From Verrucomicrobiales bacterium (GTDB lineage Bacteria; Verrucomicrobiota; Verrucomicrobiia; Limisphaerales; F1-80-MAGS106): a stretch of DNA of 52,256 nt. The notes under the pieces were generated by a model. That model was not told where the DNA came from and did no database searches. It saw only the letters and a list, made by a program, of their open reading frames with translations. Shown here one piece after another: positions 1 to 9,899 of this stretch. Made by a program: the position numbers and the translations under genes. Where the stretch lies: contig SYMW01000008.1 in NCBI GenBank assembly GCA_005805305.1, forward strand, positions 1 to 52,256. Direction: 5' to 3'. Position 1 is the stretch's first letter. The number at the start of each line of letters is the position of its first letter.

Positions 1-648
1 AGCGCCGAGAAGGCGCGGCGCTACTTCCGCCTCGCGCTGCGATACACTGTCGCCGGTTCGCAGCCGATGGTGCTTGCCGTGACAGGCCGCATCGCCTCCG
101 GCAAGAGCACTCTCGCGCAAGCACTCGGCACGGGGCTGGGCTGGGAAGTTTATTCCTCCGACTACCTGCGGAAAAAGATGGCCGGCTTCCCGCTCTACGA
201 ACGCAGCAGCGCCGCCGCGCGGAAGCAGCTCTACTCGGCGGCGATGACTGAGAGCACTTATGACCGCCTGCTTGCCGCTGCCGAGGTGGAGTTGCAGAGG
301 GGGCACAGTGTGATTCTCGACGCGACGTTCGCACGCCCCGAGCATCGCGCGCTGCTGGCCGAGCGCTTTGGAAAACATGGCTTCGCCTGGCGGGTCCTCG
401 AAGCCCGGGCCAGCAACGCCGCCGTGAAAGAGCGGCTCCGCGCGCGCGAAGCCAAACCCGACGAAGTCTCCGATGCGCGGCTTGAAGACTTCGACCAACT
501 CAACCAACTATACAAACCGCCGGAGGAGCTGTCCGCTACGCAGCGCATTACCGTCCGAACGGATGGCCCGCTCAACCGGACAGTGACCAAAGCGATTCAG
601 ACTCTGGCGAGAATCCAAGTGGACGCCGTTTCGGCAAAGGGGACCTGA
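1..648 (+). CDS. 5'-truncated P-loop kinase (AAA_33-like), probably the C-terminal half of a bifunctional aminoglycoside-phosphotransferase-like/AAA protein
   Basis: Frame is open from base 1 (SAEKARRYFRLALRY...). Contains Walker A GRIASGKST, SSDYLRK, VILDATF and SDA motifs. Confidence 0.75.
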   Translation, partial: SAEKARRYFRLALRYTVAGSQPMVLAVTGRIASGKSTLAQALGTGLGWEVYSSDYLRKKMAGFPLYERSSAAARKQLYSAAMTESTYDRLLAAAEVELQRGHSVILDATFARPEHRALLAERFGKHGFAWRVLEARASNAAVKERLRAREAKPDEVSDARLEDFDQLNQLYKPPEELSATQRITVRTDGPLNRTVTKAIQTLARIQVDAVSAKGT

Positions 649-661
649 GCAAGGAACTGAA

Positions 662-692
662 ACTTAAAACGGCCGTTGCCCAAGGCGAAACT
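662..692. repeat. Truncated end of the 162-bp MITE-like repeat
   Basis: acttaaaacggccgttgcccaaggcgaaact matches the family terminus (compare 9541 ccttggaatggcagctgcccaaggcgaatct). Confidence 0.65.
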
Positions 693-701
693 ACCAGGCA
701 C

Positions 702-2159
702 TCATGCCAAAACGCCCTTGATCAGTTCTCCGCCGATGTCAGTCAACCGGTAATCGCGGCCTTGGAAACGATACGTAAAATCCGTGTGCCGGATGCCGAG
801 AAGATGCATCACCGTTGCTTGAAAATCGTTGGCATGAATCGGATCCTCCACGACGTTGTAGCCAAACTCGTCCGTCGCCCCGATTGAGACGCCTTTTTTG
901 ATGCCCGCGCCGGCCATCCAAATTGAAAACGCCTTCATGTGATGGTCGCGCCCATAGTTGCCGTTGGTCGAATCGCCTTGATTCATGGGCGTGCGCCCAA
1001 ATTCCCCGCCCCAGATCACCAAGGTATCCTCCAACAACCCGCGTTGTTTGAGGTCCTTGAACAGCGCGGCAGTTGGGCGATCGACCAGCCTCGAGGTGTT
1101 CGTTATGTCCGCTGGAAGGTTGTTGTGGTGATCCCAGCCGCGGTGATAAAGTTGGATGAACCGAACCCCCCGCTCCGCCAGGCGGCGCGCCAGAAGGCAA
1201 TTGTTCGCATAAGAGGACTTTCCGGGCTCGGCTCCATAGGCGTCGATGATCTGCTTGGGCTCCTTCGCGATATCCATCAATTCGGGAACGCTCGTCTGCA
1301 TGCGATAAGCCATTTCGTAAGATTCGATGCGCGTCGCGATTTCAGGGTCGCCCACGTCGCCGAGCTTGATCTGATTCAAATCCCGGACGCCATCGAGGAG
1401 TCGGCGGCGCACTTTGGAGCTGATGCCGGACGGGTTGTTCACGAACAGGACGGGCTCTCCCCCCGACCTGAACTCCACTCCCTGGTGGCCCGTAGGGAGG
1501 AAGCCGCTGCCCCAGTAGCGGGAGAGCAGCGGCTGATCGTTTCCAAACCCCGACGCGAGGACCACAAATGCGGGCAATTGTTCGTTCTCGCTGCCGAGGC
1601 CGTAAGATATCCAAGCGCCCATCGCGGGCCTGCCAGCTTGCTGATGGCCAGTCTGCATCAGCGTGACTCCGGGATCATGGTTGATGGCTTCGGTGTGCAT
1701 CGATTTGATGATTGCGATGTCGTCCGAAATGGAGGCGATGTTGGGCAGCAGCTCCGAAATCTCGGCCCCTGATCCGCCGTGTTTGGTGAATTTGAACTTG
1801 GACCCAACGCAATTGAGGGGCTGTCCCATGAGCTGGGCAATGCGCTGGCCCTTGGTCAAGCTTTCGGGCATGGGTTTGCCGTTCATCTCGGTGAGCTTAG
1901 GTTTGTAGTCGAACAAATCCAGCTGCGAGGGCGCTCCGGACTGAAACAAATAAATGACGCGCTTGGCTTTCGGCTCGAAATGAAGAGAGGTCAAGGCGCG
2001 GGCCGAATTGGCAGACGCCGCCGGCGTGAGGCCGATGGCGCTTGAACGCATCAATGAGGTGAGCGCGGCCACTCCGATGCCCCGGGCGGCGCGATTGAAG
2101 AAATGACGGCGCGTCATCCGGGCGCAAGCGGCGTCGAAGGAGATCAAATGAGAGTTCAT
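702..2159 (-). CDS. DUF1501 family sulfatase-like protein with Tat signal
   Basis: TRRHFF twin-arginine, AKRVIYLFQSGAPSQLDLFDYKP, WGGEFGRTP, GRDHH and RLTD motifs. Follows a DUF1553 gene as is typical. Confidence 0.9.
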   Translation of the reverse strand: MNSHLISFDAACARMTRRHFFNRAARGIGVAALTSLMRSSAIGLTPAASANSARALTSLHFEPKAKRVIYLFQSGAPSQLDLFDYKPKLTEMNGKPMPESLTKGQRIAQLMGQPLNCVGSKFKFTKHGGSGAEISELLPNIASISDDIAIIKSMHTEAINHDPGVTLMQTGHQQAGRPAMGAWISYGLGSENEQLPAFVVLASGFGNDQPLLSRYWGSGFLPTGHQGVEFRSGGEPVLFVNNPSGISSKVRRRLLDGVRDLNQIKLGDVGDPEIATRIESYEMAYRMQTSVPELMDIAKEPKQIIDAYGAEPGKSSYANNCLLARRLAERGVRFIQLYHRGWDHHNNLPADITNTSRLVDRPTAALFKDLKQRGLLEDTLVIWGGEFGRTPMNQGDSTNGNYGRDHHMKAFSIWMAGAGIKKGVSIGATDEFGYNVVEDPIHANDFQATVMHLLGIRHTDFTYRFQGRDYRLTDIGGELIKGVLA

Positions 2160-2169
2160 GGTTTATTGG

Positions 2170-5100
2170 CTATTCTCGAGTCACCGTTTCATCCAGGTTC
2201 AAGATCACATTCGCGACGCCCGTCCACGCCGCCAATTCGCCCCGGTCGAACTGGCCCGAGACGCTGGCCCGGCCCAGTTTCAAGATATCCCCCGCCGCAG
2301 TCTCATCCGCCGCATAACTCCTTCGCACATCACTCAAGACCCCCTCCAGAATCTTTTCCTCGTGAGGTCCGGGAGGCCTGCCCAAGGCGGCTCTGAGAGC
2401 AAATTTGAGCCGCGAAGCGGTGTCCGATCCGCCTTCGCGGAAGATTCTCTGGGCGAACACGCGAGCGGCTTCCACGAAGGTCACGTCGTTCATCGTGACC
2501 AATGCCTGCAGGGGCGTGCAAGTGGTGGGCCGGCTCACAGAGCAAATCGCGCGATCCGGGGCGTCGAAAGTTTGCATGGTGGGATTCAGGATCGAACGTT
2601 TCCACAGCGTGTAAAGGCTGCGGCGATAGAGTTCATCGCCACTGCCCAGTTCGTATTTGTTCCCGGCGAACATTTTTTCTTCCCATAAACCGGGAGGCTG
2701 GTAGGGACGCACGCTGGGGCCGCCTATTTTCTCGACCAACAGACCGCTGATCGCCAGCGCGTTGTCGCGCACCATCTCGGCGGGCAACCGGAACCGCGCA
2801 CCCCGCGCCATGAGACGGTTCTCGGGATCTTTGGTGATGTGGTCGGGGCGGACCTTTGAAGACTGCCTGTAGGTGGCGCTCATCAGCACTTCCTTGATGA
2901 ACCCTTTCACGTTCCAGCCGCTGTCGACAAACTCGCGCGCCAGATAATCGAGAAGCTCGGGGTGCGACGGCGGCTCGCCCTGCGTGCCGAACTCGTTAGC
3001 CGTGTTCACGATCGGGCGCTGAAAAAAGAGCGCCCAAAACCGGTTCACCGCCACTCTGGACGTCAAGGGATGGTTGCGTTGCACCAGCCACTCGGCAAGC
3101 GCGAGGCGGTTGGTGCGTCCGACCGCTTGCATCGGGGGCAGAGCGCTCGTGGGCACTCCGGCGGAAACCACTTCGCCTTTGGTCCGATAATCACCCCGCA
3201 CCCGAATATAGCTCTCTCTCGGCTTCGGCATGTCCTCCATCACTCGGATCGTGGCGATCGATTTGTCGATGTCCGACTCCTGCTTCCTCAACGCCGCTAA
3301 TTCCTCCGCGAGTTTCTTGATTTCCGGGATCTCGCGTTCGCGATAGGCCTGCTTCAACTCGGCCAGTTGCTCCGGCTTTCTCTTTTCCTGGGAGATCTTG
3401 GCCAATTCCCGAAGCTTGATGATTTTCTCATCCCCGGCCTCCTTGTCTGTGGAGAAGTAATAAGCATACGCGCCGCCGTAGTTCACCACTTTCAGCAACA
3501 GCCGATTGTGCCCCGCCTCCAGGGTCACTTCCACGGTGTCCTGATTCGCGGCCACCCCTCGATTGATATCCTTTGAGATTACTTCCTTCCCATTCAGCCA
3601 GACGCGGAGGGCGTCGTCGCTACCCAGATAAAGAACGAGTGGCTTCTGGCTCTCGGCCGTGATCGTTCTAAAAAGGTAGGTCGCGGCGTTGGATCCATTC
3701 AATTCCTGCGGCTTTCCGTCCTTCCATTTCGGCTGCTTTTTCCACTTGAGCTTCCCATCCGCGTAAGTCCGCGACGCGTCTGCGTCCGTCTCCGGCCCGA
3801 ATTCGGTCTTGAACGCTTCTCCTCCAGAGCCGGCTTCGAACGGGCCCACGCTGCTCCATTCGCCCAGCTTGAACCCTTCTGTGGCGGCCGCGGCATTCCT
3901 GAGCCTTTCCTCCCACAAAATCTGCGCCTGATCCCACTCAGGGCGGGCTAAATCGATTTGCGTTTTGTGCTCAGCTGCTTTGGCCGAAGCCTCATGTCTT
4001 GCTTTCTCCAACATCGCCGCCTGCCGCCCCACGGGGACTTTCACAAACGGGGGCGCGGGATCGGCGTCGAGCCCCTTCTCGGGAACTCGATTGAAGAAAT
4101 CGTAGAGCTCGTAATATTCACGCTGAGTGAAGGGGTCATATTTATGGTTGTGACACTCGGCGCACTGAATCGTGGAACCGAGGAAGACCGTCCCGAACGT
4201 GTTCACCCGATCCGTGACATACTTGTTCATGTATTCATCGGGATCGGCGCCGCCTTCGGTGCTCGACATGCCGTTGCGATTGAAAGCCGTTGCAATGCGC
4301 TGCTCAAGGGTGGGCTTCTCCAACAAATCCCCGGCGAGTTGCTCGACCACGAAACGATCGAAGGGCAGGTTCTTGTTGAACGCCCCAATCACATAATCCC
4401 GATACTGCCACATGGATCGTTGGATGTCGGCGTGATAACCATCGGAATCTGCAAATCGAGCTAAATCGAGCCATTGGATCGCCATGCGCTCCCCGAACTG
4501 TTCCGAGGCCAGGAGTTTGTCCAAAAGCTTTTCGTAAGCCTCCGGGCTCTTGTCCGACAGAAACCGATCCACCTCTTCAGCCGTGGGCGGCAACCCCGTC
4601 AAATCGAATGAAAGCCGCCGCGCCAAAGTGTGGCGATCAGCCTCCGGGGAAGGCGGAAGCTTTTCCTGCTCGAGCCTCGCGAGAACGAATCGGTCGATCT
4701 GCTTCCTCGGCCACGCCTCGTTTTTCACTGCAGGAACCGGCGGACGCTCGGGTGGCACATAAGCCCAGTGAGCCTCCCACTCGGCGCCTTCCTGAATCCA
4801 CCGGGTCAAGGTGTCGATTTGGGTCTTGTTCAACCGCCTCCCGGTTTTGGCGGGAGGCATCCGGTCGTCCGAATCCTCGGTCGCGGTCAAATGCAAGAGC
4901 CGGCTCTTGGCCGGATCCCCGGGCACAATCGCGAAATGACCTGACTCCAACTTGCTTGTTGCCCCGGCGCGTTCATCTAGCCGAAGCCCGGCCTTCCTCT
5001 TGGCTGTGTCCGGCCCATGACAATTGTAGCAATTATCGGCAAAGATGGGGCGGACATCCCGGTTGTAACTCACCTTGCCATGGGAACCGGCCCCCTGCCC

Positions 5101-5241
5101 CGCGGACGCTGACACCATCAAGATAGCCAGAGGAATCAACCCACCGAGAGTCGCGGCCACATTGAACCCTGGCCGGCGTCGCCACAACAGGCACTCGCGG
5201 CCAAGGGAGCCATCGCAAAAATTTTCCGATTCGGGAAGCAT
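2170..5241 (-). CDS. Planctomycete cytochrome c / DUF1549 / DUF1553 protein with an inserted PA14-like domain
   Basis: CYNCH and CAECH heme motifs, HWAY, RRLSFDLTGLPP, WLDLARFADS, PSHPELLD, TPLQAL. Insert contains LGSDDALRVWLNG. Exact start uncertain. Confidence 0.9.
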   Translation of the reverse strand: MLPESENFCDGSLGRECLLWRRRPGFNVAATLGGLIPLAILMVSASAGQGAGSHGKVSYNRDVRPIFADNCYNCHGPDTAKRKAGLRLDERAGATSKLESGHFAIVPGDPAKSRLLHLTATEDSDDRMPPAKTGRRLNKTQIDTLTRWIQEGAEWEAHWAYVPPERPPVPAVKNEAWPRKQIDRFVLARLEQEKLPPSPEADRHTLARRLSFDLTGLPPTAEEVDRFLSDKSPEAYEKLLDKLLASEQFGERMAIQWLDLARFADSDGYHADIQRSMWQYRDYVIGAFNKNLPFDRFVVEQLAGDLLEKPTLEQRIATAFNRNGMSSTEGGADPDEYMNKYVTDRVNTFGTVFLGSTIQCAECHNHKYDPFTQREYYELYDFFNRVPEKGLDADPAPPFVKVPVGRQAAMLEKARHEASAKAAEHKTQIDLARPEWDQAQILWEERLRNAAAATEGFKLGEWSSVGPFEAGSGGEAFKTEFGPETDADASRTYADGKLKWKKQPKWKDGKPQELNGSNAATYLFRTITAESQKPLVLYLGSDDALRVWLNGKEVISKDINRGVAANQDTVEVTLEAGHNRLLLKVVNYGGAYAYYFSTDKEAGDEKIIKLRELAKISQEKRKPEQLAELKQAYREREIPEIKKLAEELAALRKQESDIDKSIATIRVMEDMPKPRESYIRVRGDYRTKGEVVSAGVPTSALPPMQAVGRTNRLALAEWLVQRNHPLTSRVAVNRFWALFFQRPIVNTANEFGTQGEPPSHPELLDYLAREFVDSGWNVKGFIKEVLMSATYRQSSKVRPDHITKDPENRLMARGARFRLPAEMVRDNALAISGLLVEKIGGPSVRPYQPPGLWEEKMFAGNKYELGSGDELYRRSLYTLWKRSILNPTMQTFDAPDRAICSVSRPTTCTPLQALVTMNDVTFVEAARVFAQRIFREGGSDTASRLKFALRAALGRPPGPHEEKILEGVLSDVRRSYAADETAAGDILKLGRASVSGQFDRGELAAWTGVANVILNLDETVTRE

Positions 5242-5289
5242 GTTGTACTTTTTACCGGTCAGTCAGAACTGTCAATCGCGCAAACCCCA

Positions 5290-6510
5290 TCAAACCCCGT
5301 AGTAAGTCTCGTAAACGTGGGCGGATCGGCGCCGCGCGTCGTCCCAGTCGAAGCTGGCCTCGGTGAACCTATCCGGGCTGAGGCTTCGGACGTACTCGGA
5401 TGGATTTGGATCGAGCATCGACTCCACCAGGAGCTTCCCAATGCCGCCGGAACCGGAGATGCCATGCGCGTTGCAACCGCCGGCCATGACGAAGCCTTTC
5501 ACTCGGGAGCTTTCTCCGATGATAAACCGGCCATCAGGAGTGAATGTTGGCCAACCCTTTCCCACCCAGCTTTTCTCCGCGGCGCGAGCCGAGGGGAACA
5601 ACGACGCGAAACTATCTTCAAAGGAAGACAGCACCGGCCAGTCCGTCACCACGGGCGGCGCCTCCGAGCTCAGATCAAACGCCCCGGGATCCAAATGACA
5701 CGACTGGGGTTCCCATCCACCGAGCAGAAGCCCCCCGTCGCGAACTCGACCGTACAGTGTCAGCTCAGGGACGCGGAAACAGGGCAACTCCGGGGTCAGA
5801 CCGTCCATGGGCACGGTGACAAAATATTCGTGGCGCACCGGAAAGATAGGCAACACCAAACCTGCCAATTTCGCGATATGGTGCGCGTGAGCCCCGGCGG
5901 CGTTGACCAACCAGCCGCACTCGGCGGCGCCTCGATCGGTCTTGACGCCTCGCACGCGCCCTTCTTTGACCAGGACATCCTCCAGGGCCGTCCCCGTGCT
6001 GAATCGGACACCGAGCTTTTCCGCGTTATGCCGGTAGGAAGCGGCGACGGCCCGTGGCGTCATATAGCCATCCGTGGGGCACCAGAGAATCGCGGAAGCC
6101 TTCTGAAAATCCATTTGCGGGAATCGCCGCTTGGCCTCGGCGGAGTTGATCAAATCGGCTTCCAATCCCGCCTCGACGGCGACCGCCCGCAATCGTCGGA
6201 ACTCTTCAGCTCGCCGAGCGCCAAGCGCGACGCGAAGGGATCCCGTTTCGTGCCAGTCAGGCTTTACCGAGCTGGCCTGGAGCTCACGGAAAGTTCGCAC
6301 GGAATGCATCGCGAGTTTCGTGCGTTCAACGGAATCACGCACTTGGCCGCAAAGTCCGGCCCCTTGAGCGGTCGTGACGGCCCCCACGTCACCGCATCGC
6401 TCCACGACGAGGATGTCCGTGCGGCCCGCTTTGGCGAGGGCATAAGCGCATCCGACCCCTACGGCGCCTCCGCCGACAACGATGATTTCAGAGCTCGGAA
6501 TCGAGCTCAA
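5290..6510 (-). CDS. FAD-dependent oxidoreductase, DAO family (sarcosine oxidase beta / dimethylglycine dehydrogenase N-terminal-like)
   Basis: GGGAVG Rossmann motif, VNAAG, PVRHEY, TFTPDG, HGISGSGG. TTG start at 6510 overlaps the upstream stop (TTGA). Confidence 0.85.
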   Translation of the reverse strand: MSSIPSSEIIVVGGGAVGVGCAYALAKAGRTDILVVERCGDVGAVTTAQGAGLCGQVRDSVERTKLAMHSVRTFRELQASSVKPDWHETGSLRVALGARRAEEFRRLRAVAVEAGLEADLINSAEAKRRFPQMDFQKASAILWCPTDGYMTPRAVAASYRHNAEKLGVRFSTGTALEDVLVKEGRVRGVKTDRGAAECGWLVNAAGAHAHHIAKLAGLVLPIFPVRHEYFVTVPMDGLTPELPCFRVPELTLYGRVRDGGLLLGGWEPQSCHLDPGAFDLSSEAPPVVTDWPVLSSFEDSFASLFPSARAAEKSWVGKGWPTFTPDGRFIIGESSRVKGFVMAGGCNAHGISGSGGIGKLLVESMLDPNPSEYVRSLSPDRFTEASFDWDDARRRSAHVYETYYGV

Positions 6511-7781
6511 GGCCTCTGGAGCATTCGAAGATACCATTTTACAAAGCCTTCCACATTGTATTCTTTGAAAGTTGAGTAGGGTCCTGGGGCATAGGCGGTG
6601 GAATTGATCCCTTTTTGCTGGCGTTCGCAGATCACCCAGTCCTGTTCGCTTGTCAGCTGCCAAAACGGCATGATGTCGGCAAGCTCGTAATCACGTCCCT
6701 CGACCGCGTTTTCATCCACCAGCCACGAAACACGAATCCTGGTCAGCCGAGGTCCCCCCGGCAGCAGCCGCGTGCTGACGCCGTGGTCGCAGCTTGAGTG
6801 GTTCCAAAAGTTGGGGAGCGCGCGTACGCGAACGGTGCCAACGTCCGGGTCACGATAGTCGCCCATCAGTGGCGCGACTTGTTTTCCGGTCATGCTCTCG
6901 CTCAGCCAGCCGTCCACGAGCGGGGTGCGGTTCGCGCTGAACCAAATCCCATTTTCGGCATCGGGAAAGGTCGTCATGCCCGGATCCCGATGAGTGCTTG
7001 CCAGCCCTTCGGAGGCCCACTTGTCCTCCCCGCGTCGAACCGCAGCCGCGATCTCGCTTCGGATGCGGGGCGTCGTGTCGTCCGCGTTATAATGGTCGAA
7101 ATTCGCCTTGATGTACTGGGGATGGTTCGCGTTGCAATGGAAACATTCCCGGTTGTTCTCCCACACGATCTTCCAGTTGGCTTGAACGAGGTAATCCACT
7201 GACTTGGCTACTTTAGCCCTCGCGAGTCCCTGAGGCCGCAGGATGGGTGAAAGACATTCCCGAGCCGGGTCGAAAGGAATCGGGTTAGAGGCCAGGTTGA
7301 TGAAGATAAGCCCTTCAACCTCGCGCACATGAACTGTTCGCAACGCAAAGTCGGCCTTGTTCAGTTCCGGTTGCATGCCGCGCCAACTGGAAAGGCGTCC
7401 GTCCAGAGCATACGACCACTGATGATAGGGACAGACGAGTTTTGAAACATGTCCGCAGGGTTCATCGCATATCAGAGAACCGCGGTGTCGGCAGACATTG
7501 TAAAGGCCGTGGATGACGCCCTCTTCCCCGCGGATGATCAATATGGAATCGGCATCCATTTCCACTAAAAAGTAATCGCCAGGACGTCGAATTTCACAAG
7601 TGTGCCCGGCAAACAGCCAGCCTTGCCTCCAAATACGGTCGAGATCGGCCTGGTAGACCGCAGCATCTCCATAGAATTGCTGTGGCATTGTCCATCCGTC
7701 ACGGCGGGAATCGATGAGAGGCGCCCATGGGTCTATTCCCCGTTTCGGCTCGATTGAAGGGCTGTGCAAATCTGATGGCAT
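6507..7781 (-). CDS. Rieske non-heme iron oxygenase alpha subunit, GbcA/Stc2-like (quaternary amine N-demethylase type)
   Basis: Rieske motif CRH-x17-CPYH, NWKIVWENNRECFHCNANH, and W..TSEQD..ICE typical of betaine/stachydrine demethylases. Confidence 0.85.
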   Translation of the reverse strand: MPSDLHSPSIEPKRGIDPWAPLIDSRRDGWTMPQQFYGDAAVYQADLDRIWRQGWLFAGHTCEIRRPGDYFLVEMDADSILIIRGEEGVIHGLYNVCRHRGSLICDEPCGHVSKLVCPYHQWSYALDGRLSSWRGMQPELNKADFALRTVHVREVEGLIFINLASNPIPFDPARECLSPILRPQGLARAKVAKSVDYLVQANWKIVWENNRECFHCNANHPQYIKANFDHYNADDTTPRIRSEIAAAVRRGEDKWASEGLASTHRDPGMTTFPDAENGIWFSANRTPLVDGWLSESMTGKQVAPLMGDYRDPDVGTVRVRALPNFWNHSSCDHGVSTRLLPGGPRLTRIRVSWLVDENAVEGRDYELADIMPFWQLTSEQDWVICERQQKGINSTAYAPGPYSTFKEYNVEGFVKWYLRMLQRP

Positions 7782-7892
7782 GCGATTCAGGGCTGGATAA
7801 AAGGCCAGCCATGCGAGGAAACTATCCAGGCAAGAACTCAGTGGCCAGTGATTTCAGAGAGCCGCCGGTTCGGACTCTCTTTTTCAACTCAT

Positions 7893-8054
7893 CCTTAAAA
7901 CGGCAGTTGCTCATCGTACAGACTTGCAAAAGCCAGGATGAGAAAGGTTTGACGAAGAGCGAGGCATATTTTTTATGCATCTGGCGAGTGATTTGGAAAA
8001 ATTTTACCCCCAGTATCTTGCGAAGATAAAACAGGGACAACTGACGTTCTCAGG
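7893..8054 (+). mobile_element. 162-bp MITE-like palindromic repeat, copy 1
   Basis: Ends ccttaaaacggcagttg ... caactgacgttctcagg. Colinear with copies at 9541, 30960 and 51731. Confidence 0.85.
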
Positions 8055-8162
8055 ATCATCCTTCTACGGCCGCAAATCCGCCACACGCGGCGATCTCCGA
8101 CCGAAGACCGCTCTCCGCTTTTCAGGCTTGCGCAAGGCCCAGCCCAGGCACAAATTCAAGGC

Positions 8163-9539
8163 ATGATCTCCCGCGCTCCGATTTGCTCCGCCCCGTCTCG
8201 CGTGATCCTGGCGCTACTTGTTCTTGCCGCCGGCGCCGGCGCCGAGGAAACAGGTTTCAGACAGATCTTTGACGGCTCAACTCTCGGGGGCTGGCATGTG
8301 AGCGCGAAAACCGGGCACAGCCGTGCCAGCGGCAACAAGACCGGAGGAAAATGGGAGGTCAAAGAAGGCGCGTTGACAGGCGCCCAGGACATCGTCGGGA
8401 ATGGAGGCATCATCCTCACGGACGAATTGTTCGATGATTTTGAGGTGGCCCTTGAGATGAACAACGACTACGGGCCGGACAGCGGGCTCTTTCTTCGAAG
8501 CACCGAGGATGGAACCGCATTTCAAGCGATGATTGACTATCATTCCAATGGGAATTTGATGGGGCTCTACGGGGAGGGAAAACTCGGGGCGCGACCCAGC
8601 GTCCGAAATTTTTCTTTCCTGGGCCCAGTCACCGAGATCGCCGCAGAACCCGCTCCGTTTGCGCTCCCTGTGAAAGCGGAGTCTTGGGCTCATTTCTGGC
8701 GGCATGGACAATGGAACGAGTTGCGGGCTCGCATAGTGGGTAATCCTCCCACGATTGCCACGTGGATCAATGGAGTTCAGTTCATGCAATGGACCGAGAC
8801 CGAACGCCGCCACCCCGACTCCGGCGCCATTGGATTGCAAGTGCATGGGGGAGGCGATTTCACCAAACAATTCGTTCGCTACAGAAATATCCGGGTCAAG
8901 AGGATCCCCAGGGACAATTCCCTTTCGGATGAAGAGCGGAAAGCGGGCTGGCATCTCCTCTTTGACGGAAAAACGCTTGAGGGATGGATGACCAGCTCCA
9001 AGCAGCCCAGCAAAACTCCAGTGGAAGAATCCAGCCTCAATCCGCACAAGAGTGGCCATTACATGCTGGTGCATGAGAGACCCTGGACCAATTTCGTCCT
9101 CGCGTTGGATTTCAAAATCAGCAAGGGGTGCAACAGCGGCATTTTTATCCGCACCTCCTCGCTCACCCCGCGGCCAGGAAAAGATGTGGGCTTCAATGGA
9201 ATCGAAATAGCGATTGACGACACCCTCGGAGCGGGATTCCACGATACGGGCGCGGTTTATGACTTGGCCAAGCCTTCCCGAAATGCCATGAAACCCGCGG
9301 GGCAATGGAATCATATCGAGATCACGAGCCAAACCAACTCAATCAGCGTGCGCGTGAACGACGAACTCGTCACCAAAATGAACGGCAACCTCTTCAAAAA
9401 AGCGAACCGCCGGCCGGACGGCAGCGAACACAAATTCGACATCGCCTTCGCGGATCATCCGCAGTCGGGCTTCATCGGACTCCAAGATCACGGAAGCCCT
9501 TGTTGGTACAAGAACATCAAGTTGCGTCCGCTGCCTTGA
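8163..9539 (+). CDS. Secreted tandem DUF1080 (3-keto-disaccharide hydrolase-like) protein
   Basis: Signal peptide followed by two domains, each with FDG.TL.GW, DSG/NSG.F.R, GQWN and G.IGLQ.HG motifs. Confidence 0.9.
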   Translation: MISRAPICSAPSRVILALLVLAAGAGAEETGFRQIFDGSTLGGWHVSAKTGHSRASGNKTGGKWEVKEGALTGAQDIVGNGGIILTDELFDDFEVALEMNNDYGPDSGLFLRSTEDGTAFQAMIDYHSNGNLMGLYGEGKLGARPSVRNFSFLGPVTEIAAEPAPFALPVKAESWAHFWRHGQWNELRARIVGNPPTIATWINGVQFMQWTETERRHPDSGAIGLQVHGGGDFTKQFVRYRNIRVKRIPRDNSLSDEERKAGWHLLFDGKTLEGWMTSSKQPSKTPVEESSLNPHKSGHYMLVHERPWTNFVLALDFKISKGCNSGIFIRTSSLTPRPGKDVGFNGIEIAIDDTLGAGFHDTGAVYDLAKPSRNAMKPAGQWNHIEITSQTNSISVRVNDELVTKMNGNLFKKANRRPDGSEHKFDIAFADHPQSGFIGLQDHGSPCWYKNIKLRPLP

Positions 9540-9540
9540 A

Positions 9541-9703
9541 CCTTGGAATGGCAGCTGCCCAAGGCGAATCTCGGCAAGATCCGGGCGGTATAGTTTTTCC
9601 GAATCACTCACCGGATCCACGGGAGATAGGCCTCCCTCTTCGTCACGCTTTTCTCGTCCGGCGTAGTTGCAGATCTCCACGAGGTTCAACTGCCGTTTTA
9701 AGG
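9541..9703 (-). mobile_element. 163-bp MITE-like palindromic repeat, copy 2 (inverted)
   Basis: Reverse complement begins ccttaaaacggcagttgaacctcgtggagat, near-identical to the start of copy 3. Confidence 0.85.
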
Positions 9704-9800
9704 TTCAAAGAACACGACTGATCAGACCTCAGAAAAGAAGGGAGGGGATTCGTTGCCAACCAATCGTTTTCCATTTGCTTGAAACCCTCATTGCAACCAG

Positions 9801-9830
9801 CTCCCTCGCCCCATCCGATGGGGAGAGAGG
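9801..9830. repeat. Short REP-like hairpin
   Basis: ctccctcgccccat-ccg-atggggagagagg forms an imperfect intergenic stem-loop. Confidence 0.35.
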
Positions 9831-9899
9831 CGTGTTTCGAGGGAAATGAACACCCAATTCTTTTACACAAATGGCCTCGGAAATACTGAGGTCTGACTC

